Part shown: in pieces, positions 1 to 11,333 of the stretch
Layout: each line of letters opens with the position of its first letter
Position numbering within the stretch: the stretch's first letter is position 1
Assembly (NCBI RefSeq): GCF_036588685.1
Contig: NC_086376.1
Coordinates: forward strand, 32,178,001 to 32,242,000
Reading direction: 5' to 3'
Source: Mytilus trossulus
Lineage: Eukaryota
DNA: 64,000 nt
Program-made: the position numbers and the translations under genes
Notes under the pieces: generated by a model
Told to the model about the DNA's origin: nothing
What the model saw: the letters and a program-made list of their open reading frames with translations, nothing else
Database searches by the model: none

Positions 1-272
1 TGAGGGAGTGTCACTCTGGTCAACCCCATAGGGGATTGACGGCTTGAAGCCATCTTTCCCCAAAAACACACCATTGTTTTAGTTAAAAAGTCCTACAATA
101 ATAAAAAGTTTAAATCTTATTTTCACCAAAAAGTATACAGATCGTTTGATTATCATAAGAAACAATTATATTAAGTTTCATGAAATTTTGATAAGTGGTT
201 CTCAAGTTACAGTGCAACATTTTGATGCTGGACGGATGGACAGACAGACAAAATTTTGACAGGCGTATAAAA
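1..272 (-). mobile_element. Partial HINE/Helentron-like non-autonomous element, cut by the window edge
   Basis: GGAC/GACA microsatellite (ggacggatggacagacagac, ~230-250) followed by a ...gcgtataaaaa end. Same layout as the end of the complete element at 20989-21455. Confidence 0.55.
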
Positions 273-325
273 ATTATATTGATAAAGGTTCAAACTTGTA
301 GATTCAGATGCAATTTTACACTTAA

Positions 326-871
326 GGAGGCTCGAGGGTACAAACCTTCCTGAAAAAATTTAAACATTTTTTTTCATCATAAATTCTATTTATTACTTTA
401 TTAGTTGTTACTTTATCATATGGCACAAAAAACATCCAAAAAAATCATTTCCATTTGGACCCAGATGACTTTTAAAATTTGTATATCATTGAAAAAGCTC
501 CAAATTATCTCCCTTTGGTGCAAAAATGCCAATTGTTTTAAATCATCGGTGACCTATATTTTCATCAATATTTTCAAATCAGCTGTACTTTAACTAAACT
601 TTTGGAAAATTTGAGCAATCTCTGTAATTTAGTTCTTTTTTTATTTCGATATTACCTCTACACATGCATTTCTCCCATTAGTTCAACAGAAAAAAAGTAC
701 TTTTACAAAAGGTATGCTTCTTTGAAGGCAGATTGTGAGCTTAAATGAACAATAATCCAATTTTATTTTTTTTAATTTCTATTAAGTACATTGTATATGA
801 TAAAAATTCATTTATATAAAAATATAGCAAAATCTTATACTAATTTTTTTTTATTTATACCTGCAAGCCCC
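326..871. mobile_element. TTAA-flanked MITE (Kolobok-like)
   Basis: TTAA at 322-325 and 872-875. Imperfect TIRs GGAGGCTCGAGGGTA / TACCTGCAAGCCCC; GG..CC termini. Confidence 0.7.
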
Positions 872-1009
872 TTAACATGGTAAAATTCATATATGTTTAT
901 TTTATGCTGATACTGATGGATTATGGTGACATTTCAGCATAGAAATTATTCAATATGTGATCTTATTCTTTGATGAATAGTTGTCGTCTCATTTGTAAAA
1001 AAATCATAC

Positions 1010-1101
1010 CTTTTGTTTTTGAAGGAAATCCACATAATGGATCAAGATATTTCTGAACTGTTTCACTCTGTGTTTTGTCAGGTCTCTAGAAACATCAGCA
1101 T
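1010..1101 (-). CDS. DHX34: DHX34 coding exon 4 (gene continues beyond left edge)
   Basis: cag|...|gtatga boundaries. Encodes (D)ADVSRDLTKHRVKQFRNILIHYVDFLQKQK, matching the recalled human DHX34 segment [20 protein letters not shown] just before the helicase core. Confidence 0.9.
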
Positions 1102-1320
1102 CTGTTTCAAGAGAAATTTAAAAAAATGTTTAAATTCTGTAAAACACTTGTAAATTTATAGTCTTACAATAGTTATAGGAATCAATAATTATTTTAAAAT
1201 TGAGACCATTTCTACACTTTTATATTAACATGTTTATTAAGAGTAAAACTTGCACAGAACAGGAAATGAATAATTTTCTTCAGGAAGTTAATCAGTATAA
1301 ACTGGCTAATTGACAGAAGA

Positions 1321-1410
1321 AACAAGAATGTGTCCACAGTACACAGATGCCCCACTCGCACTATCATTTTCTATGTTTAATGGACGGTGAAATTGGAATA
1401 AATTCTCTAA
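1321..1410 (-). mobile_element. HINE-like terminal fragment
   Basis: aacaagaatgtgtcc...gatgccccactcgcactatcattttctatg recurs at 16137-16200 and, inverted, at 56110-56170. Confidence 0.6.
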
Positions 1411-1516
1411 TTTTTCTAGTACAATGATCTGCAGCATTTAAAAGCTAGTTCTTTGTATGCAAAACAGTCTGAAATCGTTAAAAACAAATAAGCAAAATTA
1501 TGTAATGATTACCAAC

Positions 1517-1651
1517 CTACAAGTCTTCCCTTCTTTAAGAAATCCTCCACATTTTTACTCTTGATATTAAAACTAATTCTGTATCTGTTGTCATAGTGTT
1601 GAGGAAGATCAAGATCCCCAGTTGATTCGGTTGTCTTATGGTGTTTTTCTA
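1517..1651 (-). CDS. DHX34: DHX34 coding exon 3
   Basis: Encodes EKHHKTTESTGDLDLPQHYDNRYRISFNIKSKNVEDFLKKGRLV (cf. recalled human ADLPRTYDPRYRINL). Phase-1 at both ends, compatible with its neighbours. TAGTAG acceptor (start at 1651 or 1648); donor G|gttggt. Confidence 0.88.
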
Positions 1652-2240
1652 CTAAAAGAAAATCAAACACACATATTACCAAAAAAAAATAAAAAAACAA
1701 AAGACTTTATTAACAGAGAATTTGACATTTTTGAACTGCAAAAAAATATTTACTTTCAAAGACAGTCAAAGATTTGTATTATCGCATCAAGAAATACTTT
1801 AAACATTGGGGATATATATACATGTATCAAAGGTATAAATTTAATATATCATTCAACTTGATAGCTCCTAAAAGTGACCTAAATATTTGATTTAGCTTGG
1901 ACCTTTCAGTCAAATCAAGACATGTTCTAGTGCTGTAGCTGTACTTAACAATATTTATAGTGAAGTTTTCAAATATTACTTACAAAAAATGTAATCATTT
2001 TGATGAATATCATATTTAGATTTCAAACATTCTATACAACATGTACAAACAAATTCTAATATTTATAATGAAACTTATTAACTTTGATTTTTATAATGAA
2101 GTTCTCCCATATTACTTTCTAATTTTATATTTAATTCTTTTTTCATATACAATGAAGATTTCATACATTACTTGCAAATATTGATACCCAAAGTGAAGCT
2201 TTCCTGTATATTTATACTCTAGATATCTGATGATACTTAC

Positions 2241-2338
2241 TTATTCCTTGTTTGTCTTTCTCTCTGTCATACTTTTTCCTCTGGAACTGTTGATATTTCA
2301 ACAAAAATGACCAAAAGTCATCATATGCCTTTGATGGT
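2241..2338 (-). CDS. DHX34: DHX34 coding exon 2
   Basis: cag|A CCA...ATA A|gtaagt. Encodes PSKAYDDFWSFLLKYQQFQRKKYDREKDKQGI (cf. recalled human GSEECQKFWTFFERLQRFQ). Confidence 0.9.
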
Positions 2339-2769
2339 CTGTATTATACAAAAAAAAAATTTAATCAAAATTGTAAATTATTTCTATATAATTTTCTGAA
2401 GATAAAAATTTAACTTGTCTTCATTTAAAGCCCTTTCACACAACTAAAAGTTAATATTTTCACTATCGTCATGTAAACAATATGAACCATGTAACTAAAT
2501 TAAAAAAAAAATCAATTTAGACTTTTATCCTTTTAATGTTAACTTTTAACTAAAATATTGGACTGTATATTACCGATAATGGCCATAAGAAAAATAATTT
2601 TCCCTTAAGAACACCAAACATTTCTCTTGTATGGAAAACTTATATTTGTTATTCTGGCAGATAGCTGAAAACTGTTCTTAAATATATCAGGAGCATGTTA
2701 TTTAGGGATGCTGTCTGTAATATTTGTTTTTCATTTATCATGTTTATTATTTTGTCATCGGACAAGAAG

Positions 2770-2970
2770 TTTGTTTTCTAGTTCGCATTGTTTTATATTT
2801 TGTAATGCGTGTACAAATGTAATGTCAGGCTTTCATAGCCAACTATAAGGTAGGAGTTTTGCTCATTGTTGAATACTTCAATGTGTTCTGTAGCTGTTTA
2901 AATCCACATAGTTTGGACTTTGATGGATAGATTTCTCATTGACAATCATACCACATCTCCTTCTTTCTAT
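2770..2970 (+). mobile_element. Abundant 5'-truncated retroposon-like family A copy
   Basis: Shared 3' end ...ctcattg(g/a)caatcataccacatct(t/c)ctt, seen more than 10 times in the window with variable 5' extent. Confidence 0.7.
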
Positions 2971-3052
2971 ATTTCATAATACATGTAAATGGTATTTGTG
3001 TTATTATAACCTGAACATGTAAATTATGTATTTAAAATTGTAATGTACATAC

Positions 3053-3714
3053 TTTTTAATAAATTCATCATCTCTGAAAAATATTCTGTTAAGGTCTGAT
3101 CTGTATTGATGAAAATCAAATGTAAAGTCTCTGTCCTCTTCTCTGTCTTCCTCATGGTCTGATTCAACAACATGTTTCTCTTTAGTACCAAACTCCATTT
3201 CATTCAAAGTTTCTGGATGATCATGATTTGAGTTGCTTTCTTTTCTTCTTTGCAGATAATTTAAATCTTTCTTTTCATCTAATTCTCTCCTTCTTACTCT
3301 CTGATCAGATTTCTCAGGTGATTGATCTGTTGATGATAAACGAGACTTATGAGTCCTTGAGTCATATTCCCCTTTTCTTGATCTTTTATTGTCCTGGTCT
3401 TTAATTTCACCATGCAGTCTGTCCTTGTCATGCCTTCTGTAGGAATAGGAATTTTTATCATGTTTATACTCACACAGTTTTATACTTCTCTCTAAATCTT
3501 TGTCTTCTTGTTCAGTAGATAATGCCTTTTTATCAACTTCTCTATCGCTAGTATAGTTTGATTTTTGACTCTTTTGTCTTTCATCTTCTTTCTTTTCTCT
3601 GTGGTAATCTTTTCTTTTCTTTTTATAGACAGACCATGACTCTTCACCATCAGAATGATCTCTGCTGTGATGTCTCTTATGTTTTTTATGCTTATGTTTA
3701 TGATCTTTCCCCAT
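3053..3714 (-). CDS. DHX34: DHX34 (probable ATP-dependent RNA helicase) coding exon 1
   Basis: Acceptor tttacag|ag then ATG at 3714. MGKDHKHKHKK... charged low-complexity N-terminus ending FDFHQYRSDLNRIFFRDDEFIK (cf. recalled human [24 protein letters not shown]); donor AA|gtatgt. Confidence 0.88.
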
Positions 3715-3888
3715 CTCTGTAAATGCAGTATAATTGTGGTTATTTTTGAATATTGAAGATGGATTAAAAAACAAATAATCATTCAACCAGAAGTAAAGAT
3801 ATAAACTGAATTATGTTTTATAAATTAATAAGGCTATTTACAGATGATAAGAAAGTCAATTAGAAATTAGAATTAAAATTGATTGTAT

Positions 3889-4099
3889 TGTCAACGTATA
3901 TTTGTTCCACCTAACAGAAGTTCCAGTGGAAACTTTATTATAAACAATGTCATAATACCTGTACCTGTCGGAACAAATATTCTATACTATTTATTCCGTA
4001 AGGAACATCTACTGTAATATTTATTCCTGTGGAAATAATATTCCAGAATAGTTTTTCCATTTGGAACTTATATTATGAAGGAACTTCTATTCCGTGACA
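3889..4099. mobile_element. TGT...ACA-terminated MITE-like element with internal GGAAC repeats
   Basis: Imperfect TIR tgtcaacgtatatttgttcc / ggaacttctattccgtgaca and repeated ggaa(c/a) motifs; no clear TSD. Confidence 0.4.
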
Positions 4100-5201
4100 A
4101 TTTTTTGTATAATTGTAAAACAAAATAAATACTAATATTTATGAATTTAGCTAAATATTTTTTCATCATTTTGTTGTAAACATGCAAAAAAGCAATATGT
4201 TTTTATGATTTTAAAAGGAAGGAAGGGTTTCAGAATCAAATTAAAATAGCCTTGCAATCAGTCTCACTAATAAGCAACAAAAAGAATTTTAGCTACAAGA
4301 AGCATCAAGAACACTATTTAGCAACAGGAAAACAAATTTAGCAACAAGAAATATAAAAGTCAATATCTACAGTAGTTAAGCATCACAAATGTTTGAAACA
4401 TAAATCTGTGCTTTATTTTGTTTGTGATACATGTATGTATTACACAAATATTACGTTTTCCATTTCATATTATGATAATAATTTTTACTTGTCTGTAAGA
4501 ACACTTATATGTATTATTTTATATTTTTTTAACACTTTCTTTGTCTAATATTTTATATTATAATAAACTGACTGCATGCAAAATGCATTATTTGTGCAAG
4601 ATTGTTCAGAAAAAACAGATATAATTTGTGAGAAACAATTAATCAAGAATTTGTATAGTCATGATAGTAAGATTTTCTCTGCAAATCCTTGAAGGATCTG
4701 AAATCATTGAAATCGAACAAAAGGTTAACGTACATTTGTAATTAAAACACCACTTTAAGTTTATTTTGTGTATTTCCTTAATAAAAGATATTTATCGTGT
4801 TTATGCATCAGCATGGCTGAAGATTAAAGGTAAATTATAGACAATGTTGAGTTTTCAACACTTGTTATTTACAATGCCTGTATATTCTGGCACATGTATA
4901 GTCTGACACGTCTGGGAACAGTATATCTAACAGGAAATGAATCTGATACGCTTTTCAGTTTAAAATTGATAAAATCTCGGACTCCCCAAAATTTTCTGAG
5001 ATTTACAGATTTTGGTATCGTCTGACTGAAAAACTATCAAACTGCTCAACAAATAAACCATACAACTCTAAATTCTAATCGTAAATAAATATAAGATTTA
5101 TTACCAAAAAAGTTTGATTTATTTGATTTGAATTCAATTGTTCTATAATAGTTGATAATTTGTAAAATTATCGCAGCAACGATCGCCTATTTTTTTATTA
5201 C

Positions 5202-6520
5202 CTCGTTTGCATTCTGCACAATTCTGTGATGAAATGTTGTGATTTTAACAAATTTGAAGTGACAGAATACGCGTATCGATTATCTCACATAATTTTTTTT
5301 CTAATCATTTTTTTTTCAAAAAAGACAAAATGGATTGGATATATTTTTTTCCAACTGAGTAATGAAATCTTCATCATTAATGTTTCACAATATGTATACT
5401 GTTATTTTCAATCTTTTCTTCATAGTTTGGTACAATGTATTTTAGCGAGTTTTTCCTTTTTCATACAACGACTTTGCTTCAAACAGAACATTCATTATAC
5501 TCCATGAATTATTTTTTTTACATACTTGATTTGCATAGCATTTTTTTCATTAAAAAATAAACATCAGGTTTAAAGTGTCTTGATGCATTACGAAAAACAA
5601 GTATTTCATCATTGAAATTTTAGTCAGATATTCTCATGAATATCCTTTTTATATTAAATACAATTTTTTTTAAGTCTGATAAAGTTTTTACAAACAATAT
5701 GTTTCAAATGAGGCACTATGTAGGGCGTCAAAAGGTGTCATCATGGAATAAAGGGGGTGGCGTCAAAAGGCGTTATTATGGAGAAAAGGGTTAAACATAT
5801 TTCGTTATATTTAATAGAAACTATACACTCCATTTCTTTTTATAAAAACCTTGTAACTTTTTCATCTATCAATTTAATAATAATAATGAAAGACACGTTA
5901 TTACTGGCAGTATATACTGTATATATAAAAAAAATGTCAATGCATAGTTTTCCAATATATTTATCTTAATAGGAATTATTTTAAGTTTTGTTCTTCTTCT
6001 TCTTCTTCTTCTTCATAATAAGATGTCATAATTATTTGGACTAGGCCTATTAAAAGTCATGAAAGACAGTTGTCCACAAAAAAAAACTATTTTTTTACTT
6101 TTGCAAATTCAGTAGGAAAGCTTACGTACTTGGACTCATTTAGGGGAGTGAGAAGACCTTTCCAATTCTGATTTAATGTTACCCATACAATCTTTGTAAT
6201 TAAAGATTTACATCTTGAGACTGGCTGAGGGACTAATTTAAAATTTTACGGAGTTGTCTTCCCATAAATATCAAATCACAAAAATTATGTCTGACAAAAA
6301 TTCGATAACAAAATTTAAAGATGCTGATTTATTTTCACTTTTTAGTTCATTTGTATTATCTATTGAATAAAAAATTTATTAATGAAAATAAAAGCACGAT
6401 GTTACATCATATAAAAGATCAAATAATAAGAGTTACAAAGCTTGAAAAGGTCTTTATTCAATCCGGAAAATAGATTCACCGATTTGGTGACCATTTAGTA
6501 TCGCCAACCAAAAATAAATA
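5202..6520. promoter_or_regulatory. Probable bidirectional promoter region between DHX34 and KXD1
   Basis: Minus-strand donor gag|gtaata at 5201/5202 is a candidate DHX34 5'UTR exon, which is required because the ATG exon has an acceptor. KXD1 ATG is at 6521. CpGs are locally enriched near 5170-5280 and 6460-6640. Confidence 0.5.
5490..5794. mobile_element. piggyBac-like right end (GGG|TTAA) with subterminal direct repeats
   Basis: ggagaaaaggg|ttaa at 5780-5794 and two copies of ggcgtcaaaagg.gt.at.atgga. Left end not found. Confidence 0.4.
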
Positions 6521-6630
6521 ATGGAAGAGGAGGAGGAAAGTGATAATTCCTCAACAAAATTTGCCCAGTCAATTGTAGAACAAGTGAATAGGTCGGATAT
6601 TGACGCAATGGTCCAGGTTCAGCGTGACAT
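6521..6630 (+). CDS. KXD1: KXD1 (KxDL motif-containing protein 1, BORC subunit) exon 1
   Basis: MEEEEESDNSSTKFAQSIVEQVNRSDIDAMVQVQRD(M); donor AT|gtacga, phase 2. Confidence 0.88.
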
Positions 6631-6726
6631 GTACGATATTCTAGTTTGTCTCCCTAAAATTGTTTATAAACTGTTCAGATGAAGATGTAACAGTCACACA
6701 CTGACACAGTACTTAACACTGTTTAA

Positions 6727-7226
6727 GGTTCATGTGGACCCTACATATAAGGCACAAAATGTGCACCTGAATATAGGTATCTTGTTTTGTAACCCCCATT
6801 GACATATTGGTTACATTGGTTACACCCATACAAACTATTCACAACTTCTCCAGTCTATTTGTAACTTTCCTTCACCTAATGGTTACATTGGTTACACACA
6901 TGCAATCCCTGTTATTGTCAGGTATCTATTGTCCAGCTCATGTCCATGCCAATTAAAAATGCTCACTTTAATTTTTACCTGTGGGGAAGTTCTCAAACCT
7001 GTTTCCCAACTTAGTTTATTTTTGGCACCTTCTGGAGAAATGAAAAAAAGTGCATGGCAAAATCCTGGTAAGTTTTTATTTTTCTAAAACATAATACATA
7101 TTGAAAATTCATTTATCTAGGGCATGCTATGCCTGAAATTTTTTAGAGTGGCGCAGGTTTGTCTGTACTCAGAGTAAATTTTGAGGTGAAAATACGGCCA
7201 TTTTAGCCATAGGGTCCACATGAACC
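6727..7226. mobile_element. TTAA-flanked MITE (Kolobok-like), 500 bp
   Basis: Perfect 17-bp TIR GGTTCATGTGGACCCTA / TAGGGTCCACATGAACC; TTAA at 6723-6726 and 7227-7230. Confidence 0.85.
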
Positions 7227-7551
7227 TTAAAAACACTACATGTAACATGCAAACACTAGACAACCTAGAAGAATAATGAAACCAAAGATGCTTCAAACTT
7301 TTAAATATAGTACAGGGATACAGGTACTCTTTCTATTGGGTAATTGACATCATGAGGACGTGCATAATGAACAATCTTTTTGGTTGAATATATGATGTAG
7401 AGTAATAGCCTGTGGTGTATTGGACATCTGTAACTCTATATCATTGACATTGAAATATTCCTGACTGGCTGTCCAAGTAGGCCATGTCCTTTTCTCACTA
7501 AGTCACGCACACATTCATCACATGTCAGTTTATTTAATATATAGTGACATC

Positions 7552-7613
7552 TAGTCGAAGGCGTTCAAGAAAAATTAAAATAGCCTTGCCAGACGTCATA
7601 ATTATTTGGACTA
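7552..7613. mobile_element. 62-bp element with TAG..CTA ends and 9-bp TSD (AcademH-like)
   Basis: AGTGACATC at 7543-7551 and 7614-7622; termini tagtcgaa / ttggacta. Confidence 0.75.
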
Positions 7614-7824
7614 AGTGACATCAATGAAATTTATTTGAGTTTTATTTATTTGAGTTTTATTTCATGCACATTATCCCACATATTGATGTAATGTTTGCAG
7701 TTGCAATTATCAGTCAATCTTTCACTCTGTTCCACATGTACATGTGCCTATAACCATATAACACAGGACATAAATTTAGGCATTATTTTCTAAAAAAAAT
7801 CATATGATTTATTTAAGAAAACAC

Positions 7825-8500
7825 AATATACAATTATGGCCCGTTGAAAAAGTGAATATCCAAAATTGTCAACACGAGAAGGTTATTTCAATGAGGGCAT
7901 AGCCCAAAGTGAAATAACTTTTACTGGTTGACAATTTTGAATATTCATCGATTCTAAGGGGCCACAATTGTTTTATTATACCAAGCTAACAGTGGAAGGG
8001 CCTTTTGAACACTTATCATATTTTTTACATAACAAACACAAGCTGACGTTTGAAAATAGCCCAAGAAAATACATTTCGGTCATGTTTGTGTTCAAGAATT
8101 TCTTGGATGTACAACAAAGCTAGAATCTTTTTGTAAAATATTTATGGCCCTGAAAAGGACCTTTTGATAAAGAGAAATCATCGTCTGCTGGCACTCTATT
8201 CATTTTCAAAGCCTTATTTTCTCATCTCTTGCAATTGATGGGCTGTCAGTGTAACGTGAACGCTACCATCTTGTTTATTTACGTCTGTGACGTCATTTTT
8301 CATGGGAGGTAACTCAAGTGCAAATCTAGACACTATGAAGGTTATTCGCTGGTGAATAATAGGTTTATTCACAGCTGGGGTAAATTTTAAGGGTTATTCG
8401 TCCTCCCTTGCAATTAAATGAAAATTAACCGAATTATTCCATGTCACGTGATAAGTTGTTATCCAATAGAATTGATTGTAATATATGTAAGGTATAATAA
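7825..8500 (+). mobile_element. Hairpin-headed non-autonomous element
   Basis: ~150-nt imperfect hairpin at 7825-7977 with gggcatagccc apex. Body bounded by tattatacc / ggtataata; TGACGTCA at 8288, TCACGTGA at 8444, CCAAT at 8463. Confidence 0.6.
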
Positions 8501-8535
8501 TATTGATTATGTTTATTTGCTGGATATTTTTACAG

Positions 8536-8688
8536 GCTATCAAGATATGAGAAGACCAATGAAATGTTGATCAATTTCAACCTGTTGTCATTATCTCGAT
8601 TTGAAGCAACAAGTCAGGAATTCAAAAAGCACACACAAGTTTTATATGAAATGAAAAAAGATTTAGACAGTGTATTTCGCAGAATAAG
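8536..8688 (+). CDS. KXD1: KXD1 exon 2
   Basis: tttacag|...|gtaaga. Encodes [50 protein letters not shown], with the conserved EKTNEML segment and the KxDL (KKDL) motif. Confidence 0.95.
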
Positions 8689-9062
8689 GTAAGAAACATT
8701 GTTTAATAATTTGTCCAATCAGTGCCTTTTAATGCTGACTTTGTGGTATGGGTAATGTTTATTGTTGAAAACCTTATAAAAGTGACTAAAAATGGAACCA
8801 TAATTTAGTTTTAAATTGAAAAATGTAGATTGGTAGTTGTCTCATTTGCAATCATACCACATCACCTTATTTTATATCATAATTAGTTCATATGTGTTTC
8901 TTTTGAGATTATGAAAAATAAGAAAAAAAGTGTACAAAATCTTAAATGCTAATTATATATGAAATTGAGTAAAACTATATATTTTAATCAGGAAAAGATT
9001 GTTGGTAAATTATGACTAACAGAAGAATCTGATTTATGGAATGGTATTATTACTTTTTACAG

Positions 9063-9109
9063 GCAATTAAAGCAAAGATTAGGCTCAATGTATCCAGAAG
9101 CATTTTCAG
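9063..9109 (+). CDS. KXD1: KXD1 exon 3
   Basis: tttttacag|...|gtaaga. Encodes (R)QLKQRLGSMYPEAFS with the conserved YPEAF. Confidence 0.93.
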
Positions 9110-10545
9110 GTAAGAAAAATAACATTAGTTATGAATAAAAGAAAGGCCTATATATGTATTCACTTGTAGATTGTATATGTTACAGTTCAAATTGGAATCA
9201 TGTTTATACTTTAGAATATGTAAGACAGAAAGTTGATAGGGTTGTCTTATAATCTAGTTTGAAAACATTTTTTTCTGAAATTTGATGTATGATACAAAAA
9301 AAATCCATTACCCAACTGGATTCTAATGTATCTTCTGAAATATAAGACATGAAGATGACAGGGTTGTCTTATAATAAAGTACATGCTGTATGATACCAAA
9401 AAAATCCAGTACCGAACTGAATTCTAGTATCTACTGGTAGAAATTAAGATATTCTGATTTGTAATAAAAGAATCATGAATTTTACCTGATGATTACTTTA
9501 CTAATGAAGTCATCATGAAATTAATAATTTGTTGCACCTGTTTATTACAATTAGGCAATATATGGAAGCTGTCTCTTGTAAGCACAATGCCTACTAAACA
9601 GTTTGACAAATATAAATGAAACTTTTCACAGTCATAAAACTCTACCTAAGGGTTTGCTTAAAGGAATATGAAACAAGTGAGTGGTGAAAAATAATGTTTA
9701 TCCAATTATATATCATAAACTTAGTCCTATGTGCACGATTTTCTCTTTTTTTATGCAAATATAAAGTATAATCCTCAATTTTTTTCTCTCTGTTTATTAT
9801 GATTTAACAAATATGGCTGCTCATTAAATGCCGTGTTTTGAAGCCGAAGTTTACCGATTGTCACCTTATAGTTAACAAAAAACAAAAAGCATGGGTATTG
9901 AGCACATATTTAACATGTACAATCAGATACTTGTTTATATTAATGACAGATTCATGCGTATTGTGATCATAGGATTTTTACGAGGAGGGTTACGCTCAGG
10001 TCACTATGCATACGGAAAATATGTCAGTGAATTGCTTCCTGGAAGGCAGCAATTAAGAAGAAGTAAACTTCTTCTAAATGTGAACAAATCAAAGAATTTT
10101 CCTCAAATAAGTTGTATAATGAAAACTATCCATTTATATTTAGTTATAAAAAGCGTATGCATATTTTTTTTTAATTTGAGGTTTTTTATGACTTTCATGA
10201 CTTTAAAGGAATATAATCCTGGTCCCACAAGTTAAAAGGGAGACAATCAAATATGTTAACTTCAATATTACAATAAGTGGTACATGTAATATAGTCATTG
10301 TAAGCTATATTGGATAAAATAAATTACTGAATTTTTGGAAATTTTGTCAGCACATTTAAATGAAGTTTTGAATGTCAGAAATAAAATCAGCATGATCAGG
10401 GAAAAAATCTTTAATGCAAGAAGAATAACATTCTGTATTCGTAGAACACTTTTATCATGCCTTTTAAATAAGATATAATCCCTTATATTTCAATGACAAT
10501 AATACACAAGTTAATAAAAAAAAAATTGTTACCTGTGTATTAAAT

Positions 10546-11308
10546 AAAAGCCCCATTTTGGCCTCAAATTTCAGGTTCATCTGATGAAAGATTTTGTATA
10601 CATTTTAAACACTTTAGTGTCTACTTCAGTCGATTCAATTAGTTTTTGTGAAAGATTTGAATGGATTAAGTTATTTCAGACGTTCATATGCAGGCTCAAA
10701 TATGGAAAATCTATCAAATATGCTATAATATGTCACTTTTCAGATAGTTTTTTTGTCAAAAATGAAAGTGTTCTCATCCGTGTTCACCCTCAACCTTTAT
10801 AGATATATATGTTATGTATAATCATCAAATACAACTTACATTCAAATATTAAGAATGAACATGAATTTGGCCACTTCCATTTAAGACCAAAACCATCTAA
10901 AGTTTTACTCAAATTCTAAAATTGTGAAGATTTCGTTAATTTAGCATGACTTGAATACTGATGCGATGCTTGTACCCGATACATGTGCATTATTAGACTG
11001 TTAGTTTTCCGGTTTGAATGGTTTTACACTAGTAATTTTGGGGCCCTTTATAGCTTATTGTTGGCTGTAGGTCAATGCTCCGTGTTGAAGGCCGTATATT
11101 GACCTATAATGGTTTACTTTTATATATTGTTATTTGGATGGAGAGTTGTCTCATTGGCACTCACACCACATCTTCCTATATCTATTGTATTGTCAAAAAC
11201 AGACCATATTTATATAGCAGAAGTATTCTACTTTCCAATGAATAGCTAAAAGTTTACATAATAACAATTTTGAATACTTACCAGGAGACTTACTGAACCT
11301 ACTCCTTT
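10546..11308. mobile_element. Degenerate DNA-transposon-like (Kolobok-like) element carrying a nested family A insertion at ~10992-11183
   Basis: Right end ...ctgaacctactccttta. Host sequence catt|gtattg is interrupted by a family A copy ending cacaccacatcttcc. Confidence 0.45.
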
Positions 11309-11333
11309 ACATGTGATTAAAATTGTATATATT

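Noticed and set aside
3715-3786. Longer DHX34 N-terminus from the ORF track (MNDYLFF...)
   Set aside because: It starts at a non-ATG codon and lies upstream of a clear tttacag acceptor, so it is intronic.
9225-9435. Diverged ~120-bp local duplication (similar cases at 53200-53385, 59565-59745 and 63850-64000)
   Set aside because: Ordinary old slippage duplications with no further structure.
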